Origin: Calditrichales bacterium
Lineage (GTDB): Bacteria; Calditrichota; Calditrichia; Calditrichales; J004
Assembly (NCBI GenBank): GCA_965267575.1
Contig: OZ254086.1
Span: 1,344,001-1,408,000 of the forward strand
Reading direction: 5' to 3'
DNA length: 64,000 nt
The position numbers and the translations under genes are program-made. This document shows, piece after piece, positions 40,242-50,125 of this stretch. Position 1 is the stretch's first letter; each line of letters starts with the position of its first letter. A model generated the notes under the pieces. That model searched no databases. It was not told the DNA's origin and saw nothing but the letters and a program-made list of their open reading frames with translations.

Positions 40242-41313
40242 CTTCTTGTGCCTGCGGTTTAGTCAATCTTGGAAGAAACATTCTTACACTAAAATATTGC
40301 TCTCCCTTATGGATTGTCAACCGTGCCTTTTCGCCGTAGCTGTGTTTTATACGATCTCGCAGGTTGTTAAGACCAAAACCGCTTCCGCTGCGCTTGCTGC
40401 TGTTTGCCCGCCAGGGGTTACTTACTTCAATAACAAGGTAGTGTTCGTTGGAATCAATTGTAAGTTCTACGGTGGACCCGCCGGAAATAGTTTCCACACC
40501 GTGCTTGACGGCGTTTTCCAAAAGCGGTTGAAGGCAAAAGGAGATGACGTATTCTTTATCCGGCCGGGTGTTTATGTTGCTTAGGAATTTGAGGCGGTTA
40601 CCCAAGCGCGTGCTTTCAATGGCGATATAATTTTCAGCGTGCTCCAGTTCTTCGGCCAGCGTTACATAATTATTGTCACTGTAGGCAAAGCTGTATCGTA
40701 AAAAATCTGCCAGGTTAAGACAGAGGGCACGCGCTTTGTCCGGCGCCGTGATGCACAAAGCGGAAAGCCCGTTCAGGCTGTTAAATAAAAAGTGCGGGTG
40801 AATGCGCGATTTGAGAAATTGCAGCTCCTGCCGGCCTGCCTTTAGCTGGCTTTGCAGAGCAAGGTTTTCAACCTGGCGGCCTTCTTCCAGCGCGAGGATA
40901 AGATAGCTTATACTGGTGCCCGAAATATATACAAGAAAAGACAGGATCAACAGAACGGGCACAAGCCGCTCAAAGGCGGTACGGTAAAGTTCCAGTCCGG
41001 TTAGCTGAACCAGCAGTTCACTGTACATCATCGAAAGTTGCAGGCCAATGGCCGACATAACCATGACGGTAATGCCGTGGCGCGCCAAAAAAGCACCAAG
41101 ACCAGCCGTATTAAGCGGCGTTACTTTGCAGAGATACCAGACGGAAAGAAATATGAGCAATTGCCCGGCGGCAACCGGTGCCGTCAGAATAAAGGCCTGC
41201 AAAAGGGCTAGGTCCGCAATCAGGTGAACAACGTAAATAACAGCCGCGCTGAACAAGGCCCATGCGATGCCCAGCGCGACTGTTGGTTTCCATTCCCCCA
41301 GAAAAGGATGCAT
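40222..41313 (-). CDS. LytS-family sensor histidine kinase
   Basis: Four TMs; PHFLFNSLN, LQPLLENAVKHG and GFGLNN motifs. Confidence 0.95.
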   Translation of the reverse strand: MHPFLGEWKPTVALGIAWALFSAAVIYVVHLIADLALLQAFILTAPVAAGQLLIFLSVWYLCKVTPLNTAGLGAFLARHGITVMVMSAIGLQLSMMYSELLVQLTGLELYRTAFERLVPVLLILSFLVYISGTSISYLILALEEGRQVENLALQSQLKAGRQELQFLKSRIHPHFLFNSLNGLSALCITAPDKARALCLNLADFLRYSFAYSDNNYVTLAEELEHAENYIAIESTRLGNRLKFLSNINTRPDKEYVISFCLQPLLENAVKHGVETISGGSTVELTIDSNEHYLVIEVSNPWRANSSKRSGSGFGLNNLRDRIKHSYGEKARLTIHKGEQYFSVRMFLPRLTKPQAQEDAPLSG

Positions 41314-41319
41314 GACAGA

Positions 41320-42009
41320 TTAGTTCTTGATTTCCACGCCACCCATTATCGCCGCTCCCGTAATTGTCAGTTTCCGGGGTTTTAGCGACGCAGCCGTTGT
41401 TTCGGGTTCGGGCGCTTCGGTTACGTTTTCCATTCCACCCAGCAAGGGCGTTCCCTTAAGATTTACCTGCCAATGGCGCGGCACACGGATTTCAATGCCA
41501 CCCCAGAAGGCAAACGTGTCAATAACCATTTCATCGCCGCTCATTTCGGCCTGGCGCAGATCCACCGTACCGCCGCCCATTATGGCCGTAATTTTGCCAC
41601 CCGTAAGCTGGCGCGAGGTAAACACCTGGTCGCCGCCGCCAAGAATCATATCCAGATGAATGTGATCACCGCTTAAATCGGTTTTATCGGTCTTCCAGAA
41701 ATGGTTTTTCAAAATGGCAATGCCAATCGCGATTAACACAAAAGGCCAAAGTTCAAATACGCGGAAGTAGACGACATCCAGACTGCGCAGCAAAAACAGC
41801 ACGCCGGCAATCAGAAAAAGCCAGCCCGAAAAAGACTGCCCGGTCTTATGCCCGTTTATGAGCTGGTTGGCACCGATGGCGATGAGAAAAACAGGCCAGA
41901 AATCAAACAGGTCCACTCCAAGACCCAGGCCCACATTATCCAGGAAAAGCATAATGCCTATAAAAATGATGGCCAGGCCAAAAAACGCTTTAATATCCAG
42001 TGAACGCAT
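41320..42009 (-). CDS. LiaF-like membrane protein (DUF5668/DUF2154 type)
   Basis: Four TMs with WP motifs; GG..VDLR.A and FWGGIEIRVP..W cytoplasmic domain; GGAGG SD. Confidence 0.85.
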   Translation of the reverse strand: MRSLDIKAFFGLAIIFIGIMLFLDNVGLGLGVDLFDFWPVFLIAIGANQLINGHKTGQSFSGWLFLIAGVLFLLRSLDVVYFRVFELWPFVLIAIGIAILKNHFWKTDKTDLSGDHIHLDMILGGGDQVFTSRQLTGGKITAIMGGGTVDLRQAEMSGDEMVIDTFAFWGGIEIRVPRHWQVNLKGTPLLGGMENVTEAPEPETTAASLKPRKLTITGAAIMGGVEIKN

Positions 42010-42071
42010 GATACACCTCCTTTTGTGTGTGGCCTAATGTACAGGCGCAGGGGGCATTATGTTACGAACCT

Positions 42072-42103
42072 TTCGATGAACGGTCATATGGTTCGGTGAA
42101 TGA
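42072..42103 (-). promoter_or_regulatory. Putative LytTR binding direct repeat
   Basis: Minus strand TCATTCACCGAA and CCGTTCATCGAA with a 20-nt period, upstream of a -10 TACATT (42036-42041). Confidence 0.7.
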
Positions 42104-42108
42104 CATTT

Positions 42109-43344
42109 TTAGCCAAAAAGTTTTATTGAAAGCATGTGCTTAAGCTCTTTGGCAGAATCAAAATCCGGCTTGATGTTTAAAGCCTGGTCCACATCATGAA
42201 CGGCGCTAACCCAATCATTCAGGTCGTAGTAAGTCAGCGCGCGCATGTAAAAACATTCATATTGCGATTTATTAATGCTCAATGATTGCTCGAAATCGTC
42301 CAGCGCCTGTTTGTATTTGCCACGCATACGGCAGGTAATGGCGCGGTTATTATAAGCACGGAAATTCTTGTCGTCATAATCCAGGGCCCTGCTGAAATCG
42401 TGCTCGGCCTTTTTGTATTCGGATAAAACAAAATAGGCCATACCACGGTGATTGTAGATTACCGAGCGTACGGGATCTTGCGTTTTCATCCGCAAAATTC
42501 GGGAATAGATCGCAATGGCTTTTTTAAAATTACCGTTACTGTGATACTGTAATCCTTCCAGAAGCAGCTTTTCCAGTGTGCTCTGCGGCTGTGTCGAGGA
42601 AGCCAGATCGAAGGTGCTGTTGCTCAGGTCCGGCTTTTCAACATTATCCAGAAGCGAAATACCCTTGGATATGTCTACCTTGTCCTCAACCGTCTTGCGC
42701 AGTTTAATGCCCTGAAGCTGGGTTTCGCGCTGGTAATCCCGTATTTCCTGGAAGATGACATCAGAAAGAGTGAGGATGGCGTTCAGCGAAGCCAGTTTTC
42801 TTTTTATGGGCTCATTAAGTAGCGAGAAGTTAGCTTTGTAAATCAACTCATGCTCAACCTCGGCCCAGGCATCCTGCAGGATTGTGCGCAACTGAACCTC
42901 GAACACATTGGCCGAAAAGGGCAGCAATTCATCCAGCGTATCGTCAGGAAGGCGAATAAGCATGTGGATAGAATCATAGCCGAATTCACGGAAAGAGTGT
43001 TTCAATCCCTTGCGCTCAATCTCCTGAATTTTAAAATGCTGCGATAAGATATTTTCAACACGGTCCAGGTCCTCCAGGAAGGGACAGATAATGCGCAGGC
43101 CCAGAACATCCGTCAGCTCCGGCCGCGAAGTCATATTTTTGAGACGCAGGATTTTTTCAAAATAGCTGGAGAAGCTTTTAACGCGGTATTTTACGTCGAT
43201 GTCGAGCCCGTTTTGTTCAAGCAGGTTGATGATGCGCTTTTGCAGCTTACGGATAATGACTTCATAGTCCCGGACAATTTTTTCGTAAGCCTGCTCGACT
43301 TTTTTCCGGTTGGGTATGTTTACGCGATTCTTTTTTCTGCTCAT
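42109..43344 (-). CDS. RelA/SpoT-domain small alarmone synthetase with C-terminal TPRs
   Basis: RVKSFSS..EK, DVLGLRI, GYDSIH and EVQLRT..QDAWAEVEH..IYK motifs; TPRs YNHRGMAY and AYNNRA; no HD hydrolase domain. Confidence 0.92.
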   Translation of the reverse strand: MSRKKNRVNIPNRKKVEQAYEKIVRDYEVIIRKLQKRIINLLEQNGLDIDVKYRVKSFSSYFEKILRLKNMTSRPELTDVLGLRIICPFLEDLDRVENILSQHFKIQEIERKGLKHSFREFGYDSIHMLIRLPDDTLDELLPFSANVFEVQLRTILQDAWAEVEHELIYKANFSLLNEPIKRKLASLNAILTLSDVIFQEIRDYQRETQLQGIKLRKTVEDKVDISKGISLLDNVEKPDLSNSTFDLASSTQPQSTLEKLLLEGLQYHSNGNFKKAIAIYSRILRMKTQDPVRSVIYNHRGMAYFVLSEYKKAEHDFSRALDYDDKNFRAYNNRAITCRMRGKYKQALDDFEQSLSINKSQYECFYMRALTYYDLNDWVSAVHDVDQALNIKPDFDSAKELKHMLSIKLFG

Positions 43345-43404
43345 CTCATTCCCGTATTGCGTTGATACATAATATAAAAATAATTCCGGCACATTAAATG
43401 ATTA

Positions 43405-44121
43405 TTAGTCGCTGTATGACCTTAAACGCGACAGCAATTCAGCCGGAATTTCCGCCGAAAAACGGTAGCGCCCCTGATGTAGCAAGTCATTCATTTTTAT
43501 CAGCTCTTCATACCCCGGTCGTCCCACGTCAAAAGGCACTTTTTTTAAACGCGGCTCCTTTTTGCCAAAAGGCGGTTCCGGTTCGGCGGCAAACAGTTCG
43601 CCCCATAAAACAGGCGTGCAGCTGAACAAGACCCCGTGCCACCAGTTGGCTTCCCACCATTCGTTAAGACATTCGTTTATATCCTGAAAAAAGGCGCGGC
43701 TTTCGGCCAGGCGGATGCGTGAACCGGCCCGGGATTTGCCCTTGGTTTTTAAATAGCTGATCTGGGCCTTGCCCTGTTTTTTGCGCACCATATAGCGCCG
43801 GATGGATTTGTGCCGCTCACAAACGCCGTTTTCAAAGGTGCCCACGGCGGCGTAACCGGCCTGAATCAGAAACATCAGGTATGGCGGCGATTGCTCCTGC
43901 CAGGTATCAATATATTTGGTAGATTCCTGCCTGTTTTCGGAAAGGGCCCAAAAAACGGGAACATGAAGCCAGCCCAGGGCGTCTCCCTTTTCGCTGTACA
44001 CATCGATGCGGTTGCGTGATCTATCGATATCGGCAGGAAGATCTGAATTGAGAATAAAACGAAGCAGATTTACAACGGAACTGTAATTTAAGGTTCCTGA
44101 TATATTTTGCTCTTGATCCAT
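43405..44121 (-). CDS. Vms1/ANKZF1-like release factor (bacterial VLRF1 clade)
   Basis: LIQAGYAAVG...HKSIRRYMVRKKQGKAQ...KSRAGSRIR matches the Vms1 HKxxxRYxxRxKQGxxQ...AGSxLR signature. Confidence 0.85.
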   Translation of the reverse strand: MDQEQNISGTLNYSSVVNLLRFILNSDLPADIDRSRNRIDVYSEKGDALGWLHVPVFWALSENRQESTKYIDTWQEQSPPYLMFLIQAGYAAVGTFENGVCERHKSIRRYMVRKKQGKAQISYLKTKGKSRAGSRIRLAESRAFFQDINECLNEWWEANWWHGVLFSCTPVLWGELFAAEPEPPFGKKEPRLKKVPFDVGRPGYEELIKMNDLLHQGRYRFSAEIPAELLSRLRSYSD

Positions 44122-44188
44122 ATAGGCCCGAAAAACATATTGTAAGGTTTATTAACGGCACCTGAACTTAGTACAATCCGGAGGAAAA

Positions 44189-45298
44189 ATGAAGCGAACG
44201 GTTGCTTTGATTGTAATCTTTTTAACTACAAGCCTTTTTGCCCAGAGTGCCAATTTCGATTTGCGATTAAAAGTGCACAACCCACCGCCCAGCATGAAGG
44301 TTCTTCTAAAAAAGTACAACCTGGCCCAAAACGTACAGCCGCTTATTGATACGCTGGCGCTGGATGCGGATAATTTTTTTCACCAGAAGTTGCAGGTAGA
44401 GCCGGGTATATACCAGCTTCATTTTACCGGTCTGGCAAAGGTGCCGCTGCCTGTGGTGCAGAACGGTCTGATGGGCGTGGTGGTCGATAATCGGGTTAAA
44501 AGCGGACCGGAAATTTTTCACTCCGGCGGCGTGCTGGCGGACATGATTCAGGAGTATGAATATTTCAGGAAGAAGACGTTCGCCAGACTGGTAACACCGG
44601 AACAGAAGAAGCTGGAAAAGGCGCTGAGCGATACATCCGACCTGGACCCGGCGCAGATTACGAGCGAAAAAGATCGCCAGGCGGAAAAATACCGCCAGGA
44701 GCTGGCCGATTTTGCCGCCCAATATTTAAAGAAAAGCGTCGTTTTCCTCTACGCCACCCTGCGAATGGATGAGCGCCACCTGGGCTTGATGAAAGAACAG
44801 CTGGCCTGGTTTCGTGAAAACATGCCGGATTTCGATCACCTGGATGAGCTGGAAGCAAAAATTAAGACCCTGGAAAAGCTGGCCACCGGCGCTGTTGCTC
44901 CGGAGATAACCCTGCCCGACCCGCAAGGCGAAATGCACAGCCTTTCCGGTTTACGCGGCAAGTACGTGCTGCTGGATTTCTGGGCCAGTTGGTGTTTGCC
45001 CTGCCGCCGGGAAAATCCGTTCTACGCCGAGCTATACAATCGTTATAAAAAGGACGGCTTTGATATTTTTTCGGTGGGTCTGGAAACCAACAAGACGCTA
45101 TGGGAGCAGGCCATTAAGCGTGACGGCATGACCTGGACACAGGTTTCCGATTTAGAGGGTTGGGGGAGCGCGGCGGCGGCCGAATATAACGTCACCTCTA
45201 TCCCGGCTAATTTTCTTATTGATCCGCAGGGCAGAATAATTGCCAGGGATTTGCGCGGCAGCCGTCTGGAAGAAAAGCTCCGGGAGCTGTTCGAATAG
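44189..45298 (+). CDS. TlpA-family thiol-disulfide oxidoreductase
   Basis: Signal peptide; LDFWASWCLPCR and IPANFLID motifs. Confidence 0.92.
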   Translation: MKRTVALIVIFLTTSLFAQSANFDLRLKVHNPPPSMKVLLKKYNLAQNVQPLIDTLALDADNFFHQKLQVEPGIYQLHFTGLAKVPLPVVQNGLMGVVVDNRVKSGPEIFHSGGVLADMIQEYEYFRKKTFARLVTPEQKKLEKALSDTSDLDPAQITSEKDRQAEKYRQELADFAAQYLKKSVVFLYATLRMDERHLGLMKEQLAWFRENMPDFDHLDELEAKIKTLEKLATGAVAPEITLPDPQGEMHSLSGLRGKYVLLDFWASWCLPCRRENPFYAELYNRYKKDGFDIFSVGLETNKTLWEQAIKRDGMTWTQVSDLEGWGSAAAAEYNVTSIPANFLIDPQGRIIARDLRGSRLEEKLRELFE

Positions 45299-45304
45299 CC
45301 GCGA

Positions 45305-47122
45305 TCAGGTTTTTTTAAAAAGCAGGATTTTAAAAATACGAGGCCTTTTACGCTGCATATAGACGCTCTTGGAAAGGTGTTCCAGCAATTTCAGCTTGAG
45401 CGATTTGTCGTTTTCGGCCAGGTGCACCATAACATCATCGCCCGGCAGAATAACCGTTTCATGCTCCAGTTTTATTTCAGGGTTTTCCACCAGCAGGGCT
45501 ACTTTCCCGCCCTTTTCACATTGCGCCGCCAGATGCGCAAGGATTTCCGCGTGATTTTTCCAGAGATAGAAAAGACGGATGATGTCATCCTTTTTGCCCA
45601 TTAACTCCAGGCGGTTGATTGCGTCCTGAACATGGCGCGGTATTTTGGCAAACAAGCCCCGTTTTAAGCCCAGTTCACTTTCCAGCTGCTCTTTTTCCTC
45701 CTCGCTCATCGGTCTGCTGCCGATGATATTGGCCTCTTCCGCGCTTTTGTAGGCGCCCTTGCTGTTCAATATGGCGATCAAACGGCGGTCCTTTTCGAAA
45801 ACCCCGCGCAATGGCCAGGACGGTAAAACAGAAATAATGGCCGGATAGTTGCCTTCGGATTCGCTCATCACATCGCTGCAGCTTACAGTTGCCTCTCCCG
45901 TGGTTTTGCGGACAAAGGAGCGCCCTTTATGCAGGAGGAAAATATTGAAACAGATATCGAGAAGGTTCTTCTTGTACACTTCCATGAAGCGGATGGGCTC
46001 TTTTTTGCGCAAAGCCAGCGCCAGCGTGTTAACCAGTGCTGCAAAAAAGAGGCGGTTGACAGCTTCGTTGCGGGTCACAGCGGACATCTCGATTAAAAAC
46101 CGCGTAGCGGCAACAAACTTCAAAGTCATTTCATCGGGGGTGGCGTGGCCCAGCGTTTTAAGTCGCTTACGTTCTTCCGCCCAGAAAGAGAGGAACTGAC
46201 CTTCTGCGCTGTACAGGAAAAGATCTACCTGCGTGGCGGCACTGGCATTCATCAGCATCTTGATTTTACCCTGCATCTCGCCGATAAGCCGGTTGAACTC
46301 CTGGAAATCCACATGACCCTGAACGGCGTTTGCTGCTGCCAGCGCCTGCTGAATGGGATTTATGTCCAAGCCTATCATGTTTTGGCCGGCCAGCATGGCC
46401 TCCACCAAAATCATGCCTTCTCCGCAAAAAGGATTCAGCACGGCTGCATTTTCATCCGCGGCCAGGCTGTTTATCAATGCACGCAGCCAGCGTTTATCCG
46501 AGAAATCATGGACAGCATAACGGCGATCCAGCTGCAACGTGTAGTAATTGCCTTCGCCGGAGTAGGCGATCATTTCCGAAGGGTCTTTTGTGAAAGGCTT
46601 ATCCGGTTTATGCGAAAGTTCATCCTTTAAAATGCGCAGGTCCTGCTCTACTTCGGCCTCAAGCTGCGTGGTGCTGCCAATGTAAAAAGCACGGTCGAGA
46701 AAGTAGGCGTAGCTCCAGAAGCGATAGACGCGCCACAGGTAAATATTGAATTCCTGCAGGGGGCAATTCCTAAGCTCGTTGTTTAAAAAAGGCGGTTCGG
46801 GATCGAGAAGCTGCTGGAAAATGAAAAATTCTTTTATATAGGCCAGGCGACTCACCGCGCGGATCACATCAGGTAAATCTGTTCCGACCCACAAGTAGCC
46901 GTGGCGGCCGCGGCGGGGCAGGGAGTCGGTCAGTGCCTGCTGCAGGGGCAGGTCTTTTTCGACAATACGCTTTACTTCCGGTTGCTGGCTAAGCTGGAAA
47001 ATGTTATCAATAGCTGTTACCGGCCCGACCAGATGCTCGATTTCCCGTGCGGAAAGTTTTTCAACGGCGTCAGGATGTTCGTTGTGGTCGAAGATCTTAA
47101 AGAAAATAAACTTTCTGCGCAT
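45305..47122 (-). CDS. Amino-DNA-methyltransferase-like protein, motifs degenerate
   Basis: Motif I-like VLNPFCGEGMILVEA...GLDINP; the SPPY position reads SVLPSW; late GGKVALLVEN. Confidence 0.6.
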   Translation of the reverse strand: MRRKFIFFKIFDHNEHPDAVEKLSAREIEHLVGPVTAIDNIFQLSQQPEVKRIVEKDLPLQQALTDSLPRRGRHGYLWVGTDLPDVIRAVSRLAYIKEFFIFQQLLDPEPPFLNNELRNCPLQEFNIYLWRVYRFWSYAYFLDRAFYIGSTTQLEAEVEQDLRILKDELSHKPDKPFTKDPSEMIAYSGEGNYYTLQLDRRYAVHDFSDKRWLRALINSLAADENAAVLNPFCGEGMILVEAMLAGQNMIGLDINPIQQALAAANAVQGHVDFQEFNRLIGEMQGKIKMLMNASAATQVDLFLYSAEGQFLSFWAEERKRLKTLGHATPDEMTLKFVAATRFLIEMSAVTRNEAVNRLFFAALVNTLALALRKKEPIRFMEVYKKNLLDICFNIFLLHKGRSFVRKTTGEATVSCSDVMSESEGNYPAIISVLPSWPLRGVFEKDRRLIAILNSKGAYKSAEEANIIGSRPMSEEEKEQLESELGLKRGLFAKIPRHVQDAINRLELMGKKDDIIRLFYLWKNHAEILAHLAAQCEKGGKVALLVENPEIKLEHETVILPGDDVMVHLAENDKSLKLKLLEHLSKSVYMQRKRPRIFKILLFKKT

Positions 47123-47139
47123 AAGCCCCCGAAGATCCG

Positions 47140-48417
47140 CTAGATTAGGGTGTTGTCCGGAATAACCGTGCCTTTGGCTATGATAATGATCCCGTCACGG
47201 ATCGTAAAAAGCTCCTCTTCCGCTTCCTGGCGATTGTCTTTGTTTATGATCTGTACATTGTTGCCAATGCTGCAATTCATATCAATAATCGCGTTGCGGA
47301 TAATACAGTTCTTACCGATGCCCATATTGGGAGACTGGCGGTATTCATTCACAATGCGCTGTTCTATTGTCTCATAACGCGCGTTACCCATTATAATGGA
47401 GCGCTGCACAAGCGTACCTTCATCGATGTATGAACGAATCCCGATGACCGAATTTTCAATAATCGAACCCAGCAGGATCGACCCTTCGGCAATGATGCTT
47501 TGGTTTATCTGACACTTATTGATCTTGGATGCCGGCAGATAGCGCGGACGCGTGTAAAAAGGATAGCGCTCATCGTAAAAGTTAAAGCGCGGCACAGGAT
47601 TTGTGAAATCCATATGGGCGTCAAAAAAGGCCCGCACTGTCCCGATATCTTCCCAGTAGCCGTCAAAAAAGTAGGCCGCTACCTTTTTTCTATCAAGGCA
47701 ATCGGGAATGATCTCCTTGCCGAAATCTTCCTTGTCGTTATCGGCAAGCAGTTCAAAAAGCACCTCTTTTTTGAAAATATAAATCCCCATGGACGCGACA
47801 TGGGAACGTCCTTCGGGTTCTATCTTAAAGTTGCTGAAGAGTTTTTCATCTATGCGGTAATCATCCAGAACTTTCTGCTCTTTCGGCTTTTCATAAAATG
47901 ATGTTATTGTGCCTTTTTCATCGGCTTTCAATATTCCAAAACCACCTGCTTCGCCTTCAAAGATCGGCTTTACGGCGATAGAAATATCCGCTTCCATTTC
48001 AAGGTGAAAATCCAGAAAGGTTTTGTAATCCATCCTGTATAAATGGTCGCCGGAGAGGATGATGATGTTATCCCCGCAATCATGCAGAAAAGAGATGTTT
48101 TTGCGTACGGCATCCGCCGTTCCCTGGTACCAGTCCTGGCTCTCCGCTGTCTGCTGGGCGGCAAGAATGCGTATTGAGCCCTGGCTGAAATTGTCAAAAC
48201 GGTATGTATTGTAAATATGGCGGTGTAATGACTCAGTGTTGAATTGCGTCAGAATAAAGATATCGCGCACACCTGAGTGCAGGCAGTTGCTCATGGGTAT
48301 ATCGATAAGGCGGAATTTACCGCCGATGGGGACGGCCGGTTTAGCGCGCACCTTGGTTAACGGATCAAGGCGTGTGCCCCGACCTCCCCCAAGGATGACA
48401 GCTGACATATTATTCAT
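47140..48417 (-). CDS. glgC: Glucose-1-phosphate adenylyltransferase
   Basis: GGGRGTRL.PLT..RAKPAVP, WYQGTADAV, SGDHLYRMDY and DFGKEIIP motifs. Confidence 0.97.
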   Translation of the reverse strand: MNNMSAVILGGGRGTRLDPLTKVRAKPAVPIGGKFRLIDIPMSNCLHSGVRDIFILTQFNTESLHRHIYNTYRFDNFSQGSIRILAAQQTAESQDWYQGTADAVRKNISFLHDCGDNIIILSGDHLYRMDYKTFLDFHLEMEADISIAVKPIFEGEAGGFGILKADEKGTITSFYEKPKEQKVLDDYRIDEKLFSNFKIEPEGRSHVASMGIYIFKKEVLFELLADNDKEDFGKEIIPDCLDRKKVAAYFFDGYWEDIGTVRAFFDAHMDFTNPVPRFNFYDERYPFYTRPRYLPASKINKCQINQSIIAEGSILLGSIIENSVIGIRSYIDEGTLVQRSIIMGNARYETIEQRIVNEYRQSPNMGIGKNCIIRNAIIDMNCSIGNNVQIINKDNRQEAEEELFTIRDGIIIIAKGTVIPDNTLI

Positions 48418-48430
48418 AGTGGCCTTTCGT

Positions 48431-48778
48431 TTATGAGGATTGAGAAAATTTCAGGATGGCCTGTTCGTCAAATCCGATATGATAGCGATTGTCTTTTTCC
48501 AGCAGCGGCCTGGTGATCATGCTCTGGTTTTGCAGGAGCAGATCAAAAAGCTCTTCATCCTGAATGTCTCTGCCGGAAAGACCCAGCTTTCTGTAGGTTG
48601 TACCTCTTTTATTGACAATCTTTTCAAGACCAAGTTCCTGAGTTATCCCGCTAAGCTTTTCGCGGGTTAGGGGATGTTTCTTAACATCAATAAAAGTATA
48701 AGAAATATTTTTTTTATCCAAGAGAGAACGGGTTTCGCGTATCTTGTTGCAAGAAGGAACACCGTAAAGCGTTATCAA
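48431..48778 (-). CDS. ArsC/Spx/YffB family protein
   Basis: LYG.PSC, NKRGTTYR and MITRP motifs; TTG start. Confidence 0.85.
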   Translation of the reverse strand: MITLYGVPSCNKIRETRSLLDKKNISYTFIDVKKHPLTREKLSGITQELGLEKIVNKRGTTYRKLGLSGRDIQDEELFDLLLQNQSMITRPLLEKDNRYHIGFDEQAILKFSQSS

Positions 48779-48849
48779 AGTATTTCTCCCGGTATGATTA
48801 TTAGCACACTTGTTAATATAAATATGGTATAATCAAAAAGCCATGCAAC

Positions 48850-50040
48850 CTATTCATTAAAAGCCGCGGCAACAACATTGGCTACCAGGCTTCTCAAACG
48901 CACCACGCTGCCTTTATCATGGGGATGTGCGCGGTTTGTTAACAATACGATCGCTAAATCCTTTTCCGGATCTATGACCAGCGATGTACCCGTATAGCCT
49001 GTATGTCCGTAGGCTCCGGCGCTTAGCAAATCGCCCTGGTTGGAGGCGTAGGCGCTGGAAAAATCCCAGCCCAAAGCACGGCCGAATTGTTCATAGCCCT
49101 GCGGAATATGCGTAAGCGCGTGAACCGCGGCAGGACTTAATATGCGTTTCCCGCCCAATGTACCTTTATGCAGCATCATCCGGGCAAAAAGAATAAGATC
49201 ATCCGCAGTGGAGAAGAGTCCGGCATTACCGGACACACACTTCATTGATTCGCGCGCCAGGGGATCATGAACGGTTCCCTTCAGGGGCGTGTCATTAATA
49301 ATCTCCGTCGGGGCACAAAATGCAAGCATCTCGCTATCCGGCTCGTAAAATGTATTGTGCATGCCCAGCGGCTCAAAGATGTTGCGGCTGCAAAAAACAT
49401 CCAGCGATTGCCCGCTGACTTTTTCGACGATCCTTTGCAGTGTCACAAAGTTCAGACAGCTGTACACGAATTTGCTGCCTGGTGCTGAATGGCGTTCCAC
49501 GTGCTGAATATGGTTAAAAAGTATCTCTTCGTCGGCACCGTTGTATTTTTCCCGCAGCATCTCGGGGGCTGCGTATGCAGGCAGGCCGGACGTATGTGTT
49601 AACAGATGAATAAGCCGCACCGGCGCGCGGTTGCCGTTTTCACCGGGTCCGCTCTCGAAGTCCGGGAAAAAGCGTGCAACGCGATCCAGCAAACGCAACT
49701 CGCCTCGCTCTATCAACATCATGATGGCGCTGGCTGTGGCGACCGGCTTGGTGATGGAGGCCAGATCAAAGATCGTTTCCTCCGTCATGGGCGTTTTTTC
49801 CGGGACAAGGCTTTTATGCCCGTAGGCTTTTTTGTAGATCGTTTTATCCTTGTACAGCACGGCAAGTACCGCCCCCGGAATGTCTCCGTTACTAATCGCT
49901 TTCTCAATGACGTCATCGGCGATCGCTAATCGATCACTGTCAAATCCGCCGGAAATGTTCTGTGCCAGCGCAAAATTAGCGGCTATTAACACTGCCATAA
50001 ACTGCGGTGTGATTTTTTCCCTAAGTATATTAAAAATCAT
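48850..50040 (-). CDS. Serine hydrolase, beta-lactamase-like (AmiE-type)
   Basis: SITK, LLTHTSGL, YSC, VHDP, GNAGLFS and GHTGYTG motifs; start uncertain. Confidence 0.9.
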   Translation of the reverse strand: MIFNILREKITPQFMAVLIAANFALAQNISGGFDSDRLAIADDVIEKAISNGDIPGAVLAVLYKDKTIYKKAYGHKSLVPEKTPMTEETIFDLASITKPVATASAIMMLIERGELRLLDRVARFFPDFESGPGENGNRAPVRLIHLLTHTSGLPAYAAPEMLREKYNGADEEILFNHIQHVERHSAPGSKFVYSCLNFVTLQRIVEKVSGQSLDVFCSRNIFEPLGMHNTFYEPDSEMLAFCAPTEIINDTPLKGTVHDPLARESMKCVSGNAGLFSTADDLILFARMMLHKGTLGGKRILSPAAVHALTHIPQGYEQFGRALGWDFSSAYASNQGDLLSAGAYGHTGYTGTSLVIDPEKDLAIVLLTNRAHPHDKGSVVRLRSLVANVVAAAFNE

Positions 50041-50125
50041 AATGATACATCCTTCTGCGAAGTTGCTAATATGGGGCAACTCTGTTAAATTTCACTAATT
50101 TACTTTTATCGTCCATGGAGTTGAA

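Noticed and set aside
42109-44121. Classical toxSAS toxin-antitoxin pair
   Set aside because: The neighbour is not a recognisable antitoxin or hydrolase and the context is not mobile; kept only as an open hypothesis in the findings.
45305-47122. Active restriction-modification system
   Set aside because: The catalytic motif is not recognisable and there is no adjacent endonuclease or specificity gene.
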